Assembly: GCA_029210545.1 (NCBI GenBank)
Contig: JARGFV010000002.1
Coordinates: 1-53,590, forward strand
Direction of reading: 5' to 3'
From: a bacterium
GTDB lineage: Bacteria > BMS3Abin14
DNA: 53,590 nucleotides
Of the stretch, positions 39,549 to 49,960 are shown piece after piece. The position numbers and the translations under genes were made by a program. Positions within the stretch are counted from its first letter, which is position 1; every line of letters starts with the position of its first letter. Below the pieces are notes generated by a model. The model saw only the letters and a list, made by a program, of their open reading frames with translations, did no database searches and was not told the origin of the DNA.

Positions 39549-39754
39549 CTGTTTCCTCAGTCGAGTATCCAGTCCCTGATATCCAGTGCCTGGGAAAACA
39601 GGGCGAAGTTTCATGGAGCTGAGAACGAAGAAATACTGCTTCGCGCTTCGTCCTTTGCCCTTGTGCTGGTAGTCGAACCAGACACTGCTCCGGAATCGCC
39701 TGAAAAAGGCGATCTCCTCACACAAAACCCTTGACAGCTGAAGATCAGGTATAT

Positions 39755-39782
39755 ATAGGTATACTGTATACAGTATACCTAT
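39755..39782. promoter_or_regulatory. Perfect 28-bp palindrome (operator-like) downstream of TTGACA
   Basis: ATAGGTATACTGTA|TACAGTATACCTAT; TTGACA at 39731-39736. Confidence 0.6.
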
Positions 39783-39865
39783 GGTGACTGTTAAATCCAG
39801 TGTCAGGCCTCTGCCGACCTGGATCGGCGATCCCCCCTCCGCCGGTTCAGACGGAAGGCCGGTTC

Positions 39866-39907
39866 GAAGGGGGCGCGGCATCTATGCCGCACCCCCTTCT
39901 TTTTTTC
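39866..39907 (+). terminator. Rho-independent terminator in the aspS-mdh spacer
   Basis: GAAGGGGG-C-GCGGCA-TCTA-TGCCGC-A-CCCCCTTC followed by eight T. Confidence 0.75.
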
Positions 39908-40132
39908 CAATTTTACCTGTTATGGGCTGATTTGTTGATTTTAGCCGGTCAATTGTTTATGAATGACTTTTGCCGGGAGGGTTCCAGGAAGATCGATGGA
40001 CTCATCGGCAGGAAGGTCGTCACTTTCGGTTTCCCTTGCTTTATGAGGGCCGAGGTTGTCAAAAGGGATCAAGTGCTCCGAGTCTGGTCAGTCCGCTGTT
40101 GACCACGTGGAGTCAGGGAGTACACAGTATAT

Positions 40133-41187
<1,055 letters not shown>

Positions 41188-41216
41188 TGAGAGACAGCGT
41201 TTCGGTTCACTAGTTC

Positions 41217-41264
41217 AGGGAGGCAGATCGCTGGCTGGTTCAGTGGCTGCCTCCCTCTCTTTTT
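41217..41264 (+). terminator. Hairpin plus U-tract after mdh
   Basis: AGGGAGGCAG...CTGCCTCCCT followed by CTCTTTTT; long loop. Confidence 0.5.
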
Positions 41265-41348
41265 CCCGATGCCCGTTCCACTATTCGGACCAGCCGGTCC
41301 GCTGCTTAAGGACAGGTGGAAGCGGGTAATACACCGGAGGGGGAGATA

Positions 41349-42188
41349 ATGAGAGAAATTTCAGTTGGCCAGATCACGGGCGCGGTCAAGGATCTCTCCA
41401 TGAGTGCCGCTTATCACCTGGGCGACGACGTGGTCAAGGCCCTGGAAAAAGGTCTCGAGAACGAGACCTCGCCCACTGGGAAAGATGTCCTCAATCAGCT
41501 CCTGGAAAACGCCCGGATCGCCGACGAGGGAAAGTTCCCCATGTGCCAGGACACTGGTTTCGCCGTTGTATTTGTGGAACTGGGCCAGGACGTCCACGTC
41601 GCTGGAGGAGACCTTAACGAGGCCATCCACGAAGGTGTGCGTCAGGGCTACCAGGAAGCGTACCTTCGCAAGAGCGTCTGCCACCCCTTCACACGGAAGA
41701 ACACCGGGGACAATACCCCCGCCATCATCCACGTGAAGATCGTTCCGGGCGACAGGATCAAACTCACCCTCGCCGGCAAGGGCGGCGGCAGTGAGAACAT
41801 GAGCCGCGTCATGATGCTCAAACCCTCTGACGGGAAGCAGGGAATCATCGATTACGTGGTCCAGAGGGTCAAGGAATCCGGTCCCAACCCCTGTCCGCCC
41901 ATCATCGTGGGTGTGGGCATCGGGGGGACCTTTGAAAAAGCGGCCATGCTTGCCAAGGAGTCCCTTTTACGGCACCTGGGAGAACCCAACCCCGATCCCG
42001 AACTCGCTGAGATGGAACAGACCATTCTAGAGCTTGTCAACAAGCTGGGTGTGGGTCCGGCGGGCCTGGGCGGACGGACCACTTCGCTGGCTGTTCACGT
42101 GGAGATGCATCCGTGCCACATCGCCAGCCTGCCCGTCGCCGTCAACATCAACTGCCATGCCCATCGGCACAAGGAATTAATTATTTAG
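41349..42188 (+). CDS. Fe-S hydro-lyase (fumarate hydratase class I / tartrate dehydratase) alpha subunit
   Basis: PMCQDTG, YLRKS, NTGDNTP, KGGGSEN, CPP.IVGVGIGG, NINCHAHR; next to mdh, so fumarase is likely. Confidence 0.9.
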   Translation: MREISVGQITGAVKDLSMSAAYHLGDDVVKALEKGLENETSPTGKDVLNQLLENARIADEGKFPMCQDTGFAVVFVELGQDVHVAGGDLNEAIHEGVRQGYQEAYLRKSVCHPFTRKNTGDNTPAIIHVKIVPGDRIKLTLAGKGGGSENMSRVMMLKPSDGKQGIIDYVVQRVKESGPNPCPPIIVGVGIGGTFEKAAMLAKESLLRHLGEPNPDPELAEMEQTILELVNKLGVGPAGLGGRTTSLAVHVEMHPCHIASLPVAVNINCHAHRHKELII

Positions 42189-42324
42189 GAACCCGCTAAA
42201 CAGATGTGCGGTTTCCTAAATAATTAATCTGAAAGGGAGTCAGGGTCCTGGATAAAGGGGAATATTAGTCTTGATTTCAGACATCGTTTCCGGATTCTGC
42301 GAAACGATGTTCAGGAGAAATAAA

Positions 42325-42882
42325 ATGTCTGATCCAATCGTACTTACCCCTCCGCTCACCGACGAGGACGTGGCCGGCCTGAGGGCGGGAGACCGGGTGC
42401 TCATCACAGGGTCGATTCTCACCGGCCGGGACGCGGCCCACAAGAGGCTGGTGGACCTGCTCGACAAAGGGGAAGAACTCCCTGTGGATGTCAAGGGACA
42501 GATCATCTATTTCGTTGGCCCGTCCCCGACGAGACCGGGTGAGGCCATCGGCTCTGCAGGACCGACTACGAGCTACCGCATGGACGCCTATTCACCCATC
42601 CTCATCGAGATGGGGCTGAAAGGGATGATCGGCAAGGGGACCCGCTCACGGGAGGTCAGGGACGCCATGTCGGAGCACAAGGCCGTCTACTTCGCTGCCG
42701 TTGGCGGCGCCGCGGCTCTCATCTCCAGACGCATCGAGTCCTGCGAGATCCTCGCCTACGAGGACCTCGGGCCCGAGGCGATCCGGAGGCTGGAGGTAAA
42801 GGATTTTCCGGTCATCGTCGTCAACGACACGGTGGGAAACGATCTGTATGAGCAGGGCGTCGAGGAATACAAGATAGCCTGA
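42325..42882 (+). CDS. Fe-S hydro-lyase (fumarate hydratase) beta subunit
   Basis: TGRDAAHKRL, GPTTSYRM, MIGKG, GGAAAL, DFPVIV; ATG 42325 after AGGAGA. Confidence 0.9.
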   Translation: MSDPIVLTPPLTDEDVAGLRAGDRVLITGSILTGRDAAHKRLVDLLDKGEELPVDVKGQIIYFVGPSPTRPGEAIGSAGPTTSYRMDAYSPILIEMGLKGMIGKGTRSREVRDAMSEHKAVYFAAVGGAAALISRRIESCEILAYEDLGPEAIRRLEVKDFPVIVVNDTVGNDLYEQGVEEYKIA

Positions 42883-42887
42883 AAATT

Positions 42888-43042
42888 GATGGACTCGCAA
42901 AAAGTCCATCAATGCGCCCCGCGCGGGGCGCCCAAATCAATGACTCACTCCGTAAGTCATTGATTTGTAAGGAAAGGGAAAACGACGCTTTTCCCTTTCC
43001 GTGGAGCGAAAAGTCCCGGATTGGACTTTTTGCGACCCTGTC
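42888..43042 (+). mobile_element. Family A five-hairpin MITE-like element, copy A4 (155 bp)
   Basis: Full copy; flanks AAAATT / AAAGGT; ends 14 nt before mqnD. Confidence 0.8.
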
Positions 43043-43056
43043 AAAGGTGGATCTGA

Positions 43057-43893
43057 ATGGAAATATCTGAGCAATATTCCGAAACCCGCCGGCTATTGAC
43101 CCTGGGGTTTTCACCCTGCCCTAACGACACTTTTATTTTCCATGGAATCGCCAGTGGAAAGCTGACGATGCCGGGGTATGAATTTACCTCCGAGTTGCAC
43201 GATGTTGAGACCCTCAACCAGATGGCAGCAGAGGGCACTCTTGATATAACAAAGCTGTCCTTTCACGCCTGGCTCAGGGTCAAACCCAGGTACCGGATGC
43301 TGGCGAGCGGCGGCGCCCTGGGCTATGGATGCGGGCCTGTCGTCATGGCCCGCAGCCAATTGACAAGAGTCGATATCGCGCACTGCAGGGTCGTGCTCCC
43401 TGGTGATTGGACGACAGCCCACCTTCTTTTTCGCCTCTGGGCTCCCGAAGCGGAAGACCGATATTTCCTTCCCTACGATCACATCTTCAGGGCCGTGGCG
43501 TCAGGAGAGGCGGATTGTGGGGTGATCATCCATGAAAACCGGTTCACTTTTGAACAGGCCGGTTTTCACGCCATCGTCGATCTCGGGGCCTGGTGGGAAA
43601 GGGAGACCAACCTGCCGATCCCTCTGGGGTGCATTGCCGCCCGGCGTTCTCTTTCAGCCGAGACCACCTGCGCCATTGAAGATTTAATCCGCCGGAGCAT
43701 CCGGATGGCGATAGACGATCCGGAGAGCGTATTCCCCTACGTCCGTCAACACGCCCAGGAAATGGATGATCCCGTAATCGCGCGGCACATCCGGACCTTC
43801 GTAAATGACCTCAGCCTGGACCTTGGAGAGAATGGACACGCTGCGGTTGCCGCCCTCGAAAAAAAAGCCCTCATGGCTGGAGTGTTGGGATGA
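43057..43893 (+). CDS. mqnD: 1,4-dihydroxy-6-naphthoate synthase
   Basis: LGFSPCPNDTFIF, DVETLN, GYGCGP, IIHENRF, PIPLG, HIRTFVN. Confidence 0.92.
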   Translation: MEISEQYSETRRLLTLGFSPCPNDTFIFHGIASGKLTMPGYEFTSELHDVETLNQMAAEGTLDITKLSFHAWLRVKPRYRMLASGGALGYGCGPVVMARSQLTRVDIAHCRVVLPGDWTTAHLLFRLWAPEAEDRYFLPYDHIFRAVASGEADCGVIIHENRFTFEQAGFHAIVDLGAWWERETNLPIPLGCIAARRSLSAETTCAIEDLIRRSIRMAIDDPESVFPYVRQHAQEMDDPVIARHIRTFVNDLSLDLGENGHAAVAALEKKALMAGVLG

Positions 43894-44525
43894 TCGGGCT
43901 GGTTTATGCAACCAGGGCGGAAGCAGACCCGTTCCTGAAAATGGCCAAAGCCCGCGCAGTGCAGGGCAAACCGTTTGAACTGTTCGAGATCATCGTGCAG
44001 GGGATTAGCGAAACAATGGTTGTCGTCAGCGGGATGGGAAAAGTGCCGGCGGCTCTGGCGACCCAGATGCTGATCCGTGACAACCCCCTGAAACTTGTCG
44101 TCAACGCCGGTATCTGCGGCTCTCTTACGGATCGCCCGGGCGTGAAACCCGGCGCCGTGTTTCGAGTGGACTCAGTCTCCGGGGGAGAGTCCGTCCATGG
44201 AATACCTGAGGTATCCGCGGAGTGCTGTACCGGAATGTTCGTAGAACTCGAAGGGACCACGTTGGTGACCTTTGACCGGCCGGTATTTGACAGTCAGGAG
44301 CGCCTTGCCCTGTCCAGACGGGGGGAACTGGTCGACATGGAAGGCTATTCCGTGGCTCATGTTGCCGGGATGAACGGTGTTTCCTGCGCCATAATCAAAG
44401 GTGTGACCGACCTCGCCGGGGAAGGCGACCGCCGTATGCTGCGCCTCAATCTTGCACCCGTCGCGGAAAAAGTTGCCGGCCTTGTGTGGCACGAAATCGT
44501 TCGATTGATGGAGGTTCGACGTTGA
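43890..44525 (+). CDS. mqnB: Futalosine/aminofutalosine nucleosidase (MqnB/MTAN-like, PNP_UDP family)
   Basis: ATRAE, GMGKV, NAGICG, DMEG, IKGVTD; position in the mqn cluster. Confidence 0.7.
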   Translation: MIGLVYATRAEADPFLKMAKARAVQGKPFELFEIIVQGISETMVVVSGMGKVPAALATQMLIRDNPLKLVVNAGICGSLTDRPGVKPGAVFRVDSVSGGESVHGIPEVSAECCTGMFVELEGTTLVTFDRPVFDSQERLALSRRGELVDMEGYSVAHVAGMNGVSCAIIKGVTDLAGEGDRRMLRLNLAPVAEKVAGLVWHEIVRLMEVRR

Positions 44526-45352
44526 CAGGTAGCATCCTCAATTTCATCAAGATCTTTCACACGGCCTTCAGTCTGCCTACAGTATTTGCCGGAGCCTGGC
44601 TGGGAAACACCGGCCGTTTCCCGTCATTATGGATCCTGTTGCTGGTCATTGCGGCGGCAACAGGCGCCCGCACCTTCGGATTCTCCTTCAATCGTATTTT
44701 CGATCGACACATCGATGCGCAAAACCCCAGGACCGCCTCGAGGGAACTGCCCCGCGGCGCCCTGTCGGTACAGGCGGCTCTTGCTGTGACAACGGCCGGT
44801 CTGGTCATGTATCTTGCCTCCTGCGCCGCCCTGGGAGGCTGGTGCCTGGTCTTGGCACCGATCCCGTTGGTCCCTCTTCTGTTCTACTCGCTGCTCAAGC
44901 GGTTCACTCCACTTTGTCACTTCGGTATCGGGCTTTGTCTGGCCCTCGCCCCCCTGGGAGCGTTCGTGGCGACGGCCGGCCACATCCGTTTTTCCCTACC
45001 CGTCATCCTGTTCGCGGTCTATGTGTTTTTCTGGATGAGCGGAGCCGACATTCTCTACGCCATTCTTGACATTGAGAGCGATCGTCAGAACGGCATACAT
45101 AGCCTGCCCGCATTCTACGGAAGAGCAGCGGCAATGCGGATGGCGGCCTGCTGCCACATTACAGCCACAGCTCTGATCGCAGGCGTTCTATTCGTAATCG
45201 GCGGAGGCGTCGGGTCTTTCATCGCTCTGGGCCTGTCAACGCTTTTCCTGGGAGCGGCGCATGTCACGGTGATCCCGGTGGAGCTGCGGTTTTTCCCCAT
45301 CTCAACAATGGCGGGAGTGGCGGCGGCCTTTGTCCCCATCCTTGGCAGTTGA
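44522..45352 (+). CDS. UbiA-family prenyltransferase (MqnP-like)
   Basis: NRIFDRHIDAQNPRT, YSLLKR, DILYAILDIESD; TTG 44522 overlaps the upstream stop. Confidence 0.88.
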   Translation: MTGSILNFIKIFHTAFSLPTVFAGAWLGNTGRFPSLWILLLVIAAATGARTFGFSFNRIFDRHIDAQNPRTASRELPRGALSVQAALAVTTAGLVMYLASCAALGGWCLVLAPIPLVPLLFYSLLKRFTPLCHFGIGLCLALAPLGAFVATAGHIRFSLPVILFAVYVFFWMSGADILYAILDIESDRQNGIHSLPAFYGRAAAMRMAACCHITATALIAGVLFVIGGGVGSFIALGLSTLFLGAAHVTVIPVELRFFPISTMAGVAAAFVPILGS

Positions 45353-45398
45353 TGGACTTATAAGGTGTATTAAATCCACCAGGTAAGGAAGCAGCATC

Positions 45399-45971
45399 AT
45401 GACGGAGAATAAACATCTGGTTCTCGCAGTAACGGGCGCGTCCGGCGCTTACGCGGCCGAACAATTGATCGCCGCATCGCCCTGGCCGGTGGCCCTCGTC
45501 GTAAGCCGGTGGGGGAAAACGGTGTTCGCTGAAGAGCGTGGAGACCTTGAACGACTGTTTTCCGGGGCCGACAGTATTCACGATAACGATGATCTCAGAT
45601 CGCCCCTTGCTTCCGGGTCGGTGGCGACCCGTGGGATGGTCGTTCTCCCCTGTTCGACCCATACGCTGGGAAGTATTGCGGCTGGCCTGGGGAACACCCT
45701 GATTCCACGTGCGGCCCATTGTCACCTGAAAGAGCGGCGGACCCTGGTCCTCTGCCTGAGGGAATCGCCGCTGACCCTCATCGACCTGGATAACGCGAAC
45801 AAAGTGGCGACGGCCGGGGGGATCATCATGCCCCTTTCCCCGCCATTTTTCATGTTCAGCGGCCGGCTCCCGGAAGAGATTTCACTCACCGACATCATGG
45901 ACTCGTTTGTGGATCGGGTGCTGTCGGTATTCGGTCATGAACCAGGGCGGAATTGGGAGGATGTGCGATGA
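45399..45971 (+). CDS. ubiX: Flavin prenyltransferase UbiX
   Basis: AVTGASG, SPLASGS, PCS, RAAH..LKERR, RESP. Confidence 0.88.
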   Translation: MTENKHLVLAVTGASGAYAAEQLIAASPWPVALVVSRWGKTVFAEERGDLERLFSGADSIHDNDDLRSPLASGSVATRGMVVLPCSTHTLGSIAAGLGNTLIPRAAHCHLKERRTLVLCLRESPLTLIDLDNANKVATAGGIIMPLSPPFFMFSGRLPEEISLTDIMDSFVDRVLSVFGHEPGRNWEDVR

Positions 45972-47743
45972 TCTTTCCGGACCTGCGATCCTTCATTCAG
46001 CACCTTGAAGCACAAGGGGAACTGGTTCGCATCAGAGCCGAGGTCGATCCCGACCAAGAGATCAACATCATTCAGCATCGGGTCATGGCACATAACGGTC
46101 CTGCGCTTCTGTTCGAGAATGTCATCGGGTCCCCGTACCAGATCGTTTCCAATCTGTTCGGGACAAAAGACCGGGTCGAACGGGTGTTCGGTGGTCACCC
46201 GTCCGAAGTGGGTGAGACAGTCGTACGCCTTGCCGCAGGGATGATGCCGCCGCAAATCGAGACGATCTGGAAAGAGAGGCGCCGCATCCGGCGTCTGCTC
46301 AACGCCAGACTTCGCAACGTTTTTAAAGGTCCGGTAATGGCAACTGTTTCCGAGCCGGCCGACCTGGAATGTCTGCCGGTCTTGAAGTGCTGGCCGGAGG
46401 ACGGTGGGCATTTCTTCACGCTTCCACTGGTTCATACGGTCGACCCCGTGACCGGTTGCGGCAACACCGGCATCTACCGTCTTCAGCGATACGGCCCCGG
46501 CTCAACGGGAATGCATTGGCAGATCGAAAAGGGCGGAGGATTTCATTTTCAAAAAGCCCGGGAACTCGGCCAGCCGCTTCCGGTCAGCGTTTTTCTCGGT
46601 GGCCCGCCCGCCCTGACCATTGCCGCTGTGACCCCGCTTCCAGAGGGGATGGACGAAAGGATACTGGCCGCCTTGCTTTTGGGAAAACCGCTTGACGTCA
46701 TCAAGCGAACGAAAACAGGGCACCTGATTCCGGCACAGGCGGAGTTCGTGCTGGAGGGAACGGTAACGGACGGAGACTTGCGGCGGGAAGGTCCTTTCGG
46801 GGATCATTTCGGTCATTACTCCCACAGCGCCGATTTCCCGGTCTACCGGGTCCACCGGGTGCTGGCCCGCAAAAACGCGATTTATCCCGCCACTGTGGTG
46901 GGGAAACCGGTCCAGGAGGACTTTCACATCGGGGTCGCGCTTCAGGAAATGGCCATGCCTCTTCTGAAGCTGACCAGGCCCGCTGTAACAGCGATCTGGG
47001 CCTATCCGGAAACCGGTTTTCACCCCCTCGCCGTCATGGCAGTGAAGCAGAGATATCCGAGGGAAGCCCTGAAACATACTCTCGGAATGCTGGGTGAAGG
47101 CCAGGTCTCCCTGACCAAGATCATGATCACCGTCGACAGCGATGTGGACGTGAAGGATTTCGAGGCGGTGAGCCGAGCGCTCTGGCAGCATCTCGACACG
47201 GGAGACGGCTTGCACCTGCTTTCGCCCACGGCCCAGGACACCCTCGATTTCACCGGTCCGGCCATGAACTCCGGTTCCCGGCTTATTCTGATCGCCTGTC
47301 GGGGAAGCGGACGGCCGGTCCCAGGAGAGACACCGCCGCCGCCGCCGGAAGCCGACATGGTTGATCCCGGGATCCAGGGATTGAGGAAATGGGGTCCGGC
47401 GTTTCTCATGGTCCAACTGAAATCCGGCGGTGTGGACATCGACCGGGTCCGCCGATCGCTGGCGGCCCACCCGTCCACCAGCCAATACATGTTCCGCGTT
47501 CTTCTATCGCCGGATATCCCTCTGGACGACCCCACCATGACCCTCTGGGGTTGGTTCACGCGGTTCGATCCCCTGCTTGACATCCATCCTGCCGGACGCC
47601 GCCTGGATGGCAACCGTTTGATCCTCAACCTCCCGCTCGACATCGATGCGCGGTGGAAAGACGGCTACCCCAAACCGGTTCAATTCGATCCCGGGGTGGA
47701 GAAGAATGTGGATAAACGGTGGAAGAGCTTCGGGCTGGATTGA
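45968..47743 (+). CDS. ubiD: UbiD-family (prFMN) decarboxylase, long form
   Basis: DLRSFI, WPEDGG, GIYRLQ, MHWQ, EGPFGDHFG.Y, GKPVQED; ATG 45968. Confidence 0.9.
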   Translation: MIFPDLRSFIQHLEAQGELVRIRAEVDPDQEINIIQHRVMAHNGPALLFENVIGSPYQIVSNLFGTKDRVERVFGGHPSEVGETVVRLAAGMMPPQIETIWKERRRIRRLLNARLRNVFKGPVMATVSEPADLECLPVLKCWPEDGGHFFTLPLVHTVDPVTGCGNTGIYRLQRYGPGSTGMHWQIEKGGGFHFQKARELGQPLPVSVFLGGPPALTIAAVTPLPEGMDERILAALLLGKPLDVIKRTKTGHLIPAQAEFVLEGTVTDGDLRREGPFGDHFGHYSHSADFPVYRVHRVLARKNAIYPATVVGKPVQEDFHIGVALQEMAMPLLKLTRPAVTAIWAYPETGFHPLAVMAVKQRYPREALKHTLGMLGEGQVSLTKIMITVDSDVDVKDFEAVSRALWQHLDTGDGLHLLSPTAQDTLDFTGPAMNSGSRLILIACRGSGRPVPGETPPPPPEADMVDPGIQGLRKWGPAFLMVQLKSGGVDIDRVRRSLAAHPSTSQYMFRVLLSPDIPLDDPTMTLWGWFTRFDPLLDIHPAGRRLDGNRLILNLPLDIDARWKDGYPKPVQFDPGVEKNVDKRWKSFGLD

Positions 47744-47745
47744 AA

Positions 47746-48891
47746 ATGAAGACGATCATGAACGCCGCGTTTTCAACATCCATTGAAAAGGGCGCCGCCG
47801 GGCAGCGGTTGACCCGTGCAGAGGCCTTTGCCCTGATCGGGGCTGTCACACCCGACACGCTTCACCTTCTGGGGGAGGCCGCTCTGGAAAACCGGACACG
47901 GCGTTGGGGCAATGACGCGACCTATATCTTCAACATCCAGATAAACCCGGCGAACATCTGCACCACGGGATGCGCCTTCTGCAATTACGCTGCCCGTCCC
48001 GAAGAAGCGCACGCCTACATCCTCAGTGAAGAGGAGATCATCGAGAAAGTGGGAAAACTGGCCCCCACCGAGGTACACATCGTGGGCGGCTTGAACAGTG
48101 TGTGGCCCTATGAGCGCAACCTCGGCCTGGTCCGTGAACTGCGCAGGAGATTTCCTGTTCTTCATATCAAGGCGTTCACCGCAGTTGAAATTGCTTTTTT
48201 TGCCCGGACTGCGGCAAAGAGCGAGAGGAGGGTCATTGAAGAACTTATTGAAGCCGGCATAGACGCCATGCCCGGCGGCGGCGCGGAAATTTTTTCCGGG
48301 CGCCTCCGTGAAAAATACTGGAAGAACAAGATCAGGCCGTCCGAATGGATCCATATCCACCAACTGGCCCATTCAATGGGAGTGTCGACCAATGCGACCA
48401 TGCTGTTCGGCTTCGGGGAAACCTGGACTGAAAGGGTGGAGCACCTGCTGACGCTCAGGGATGCCCAGGACACTTCAGATGGTTTTAGCTGTTTCATTCC
48501 CCTGGCGTTTCAGCCCGGTGAAGGTCGGTTTATCGAGCAGGGTCCGACCCCGCTCGACACCTTGTCCGTGCTTGCGGTGTCAAGGTTGGTACTGGACAAT
48601 ATCTCCCATCTTAAATCCTACTGGCCTATGATCGGACTCGAAACTGCAGCCGCCGGTCTTAGCTGGGGCGCCGATGACCTGGACGGAACCATCGGCGAGG
48701 AAAAAATAGCCCACATGGCAGGGGCAAAAACACCTTTTGGACTGGCGCGTGACCGGATGGTGGAAACAATTTCAACCGCAGGGTTCCGCCCACGGGAACG
48801 GGACGGCCGTTTCACGCCGATGAACGCCCCTTCCCCATCGACCGGTGTCCTGCCGGGTGACGTTACAGCATCGGACCAGGAGCCTGCCTGA
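47746..48891 (+). CDS. mqnE: Aminodeoxyfutalosine synthase (radical SAM, CofH-like)
   Basis: NICTTGCAFC (CxxxCxxC), HIKAFTAVEI, MPGGGAEIF, FIPLAFQP, HLKSYW, DDLDGTI.EEKI.H.AGA. Confidence 0.85.
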   Translation: MKTIMNAAFSTSIEKGAAGQRLTRAEAFALIGAVTPDTLHLLGEAALENRTRRWGNDATYIFNIQINPANICTTGCAFCNYAARPEEAHAYILSEEEIIEKVGKLAPTEVHIVGGLNSVWPYERNLGLVRELRRRFPVLHIKAFTAVEIAFFARTAAKSERRVIEELIEAGIDAMPGGGAEIFSGRLREKYWKNKIRPSEWIHIHQLAHSMGVSTNATMLFGFGETWTERVEHLLTLRDAQDTSDGFSCFIPLAFQPGEGRFIEQGPTPLDTLSVLAVSRLVLDNISHLKSYWPMIGLETAAAGLSWGADDLDGTIGEEKIAHMAGAKTPFGLARDRMVETISTAGFRPRERDGRFTPMNAPSPSTGVLPGDVTASDQEPA

Positions 48892-48940
48892 TAACCCCAC
48901 AAAGACTCCTGGCAATGGTCAAGTGACGCGAGGTTCAACG

Positions 48941-49789
48941 ATGACTCATCCTGTCGCAATTATCCCCTACACGAACATGGCGCCTCTACAGGTTTTCGGT
49001 CCTCCGCAGGGGTGCCGGTTCGTGCCGATGGTTCCCCGGGAGAGCATAACCGCCCTTCTGGAGAAACGTGTGATCGCCGCGGCTGTACCGGTGGGTGGGC
49101 TGCCGGCTCTCGACTCCGCCGTCGACCTGCTGGGGCCTTTCGGTATCGCCGCACGGGAACGGTCCATGAGCGTCCTGCTGTTTTCGAAGCGGCCGTTTGC
49201 CGATATCCCACCCGACGCCCGATTCCGATTGACCTCTGAATCCGCCTCCAGCGTCCGGCTCCTCTACCTTCTCCACGGATATCGAAACGGGTTTAAAAAA
49301 AAACCCACTTCGGCCGGTAACGGACGTAGTGCGGACGGAGAGCTTCTTATCGGCGATGCCGCCCTGCTCATGAGGAAATCGCATCGGGAAAACAGGTCAC
49401 ACGAATACCCTTTTGTGACGGACCTGGCGGAGGAATGGTTTGCCATGCACAGCCTGCCTTTCGTCTTCGCCAGATGGGTGATACGCAAAGATGCTCCTGG
49501 CACCGCCCGCAGGGCACTCGAAAACTGGCTTGATGAGTTCAGAGTCAATGAGTTCGACCTGATCCATCGTGCGGCGCCGCCGGCTGCCAGAAGCCTCGGC
49601 TTGCCCCTGCAGGAGGTGCTGGACTATTTCCGAACTGTCCGCCGGGTCCTCGACCAGGATGATCTTGCCGGGCAGGAACGTTTTTTAACCGATCTTGAGC
49701 TATTGAAAGAGTCGCAAAAAGCCCAGGCGGGACTTTTTGCTCAACGGAAAGCGAAAAGTGTCATTTTCGCTTTCCTCACAGATCATTGA
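48941..49789 (+). CDS. mqnA: Chorismate dehydratase
   Basis: IPYTNMAPL, SMSVLLFS, SASS, LLIGDAAL, DLAEEW, LPFVFARW; the last 27 aa come from repeat copy A5. Confidence 0.88.
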   Translation: MTHPVAIIPYTNMAPLQVFGPPQGCRFVPMVPRESITALLEKRVIAAAVPVGGLPALDSAVDLLGPFGIAARERSMSVLLFSKRPFADIPPDARFRLTSESASSVRLLYLLHGYRNGFKKKPTSAGNGRSADGELLIGDAALLMRKSHRENRSHEYPFVTDLAEEWFAMHSLPFVFARWVIRKDAPGTARRALENWLDEFRVNEFDLIHRAAPPAARSLGLPLQEVLDYFRTVRRVLDQDDLAGQERFLTDLELLKESQKAQAGLFAQRKAKSVIFAFLTDH

Positions 49790-49857
49790 CTTCTATTGCC
49801 GGTCATTGATCTGGGCGCCCCACCTGGGGCGTGTTGATGACTTTTTGCGAGGTCACC
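49705..49857 (-). mobile_element. Family A element, diverged copy A5 (153 bp, reverse orientation)
   Basis: Reverse complement keeps the TIRs and the four internal hairpins with stem-preserving substitutions. Confidence 0.78.
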
Positions 49858-49908
49858 AACTATTATATGTGGGAGTAACAGCCCCTCGGAAGCCGCATCC
49901 CTCCCTGG

Positions 49909-49937
49909 GTGTCTGTCGGAGAACCTGACACAGACTC
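49909..49937 (+). repeat. Family B mini-element, copy B3 (29 bp)
   Basis: GTGTCTGTCGGAGAACCTGACACAGACTC, flanked by CTGG on both sides. Confidence 0.65.
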
Positions 49938-49960
49938 CTGGTGAAAAGGGAACAGTCATT

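Noticed and set aside
42189-42324. Hairpins between the fumarase subunit genes as an ncRNA
   Set aside because: Two short inverted repeats with no U-tract and no second copy in the window; insufficient support.
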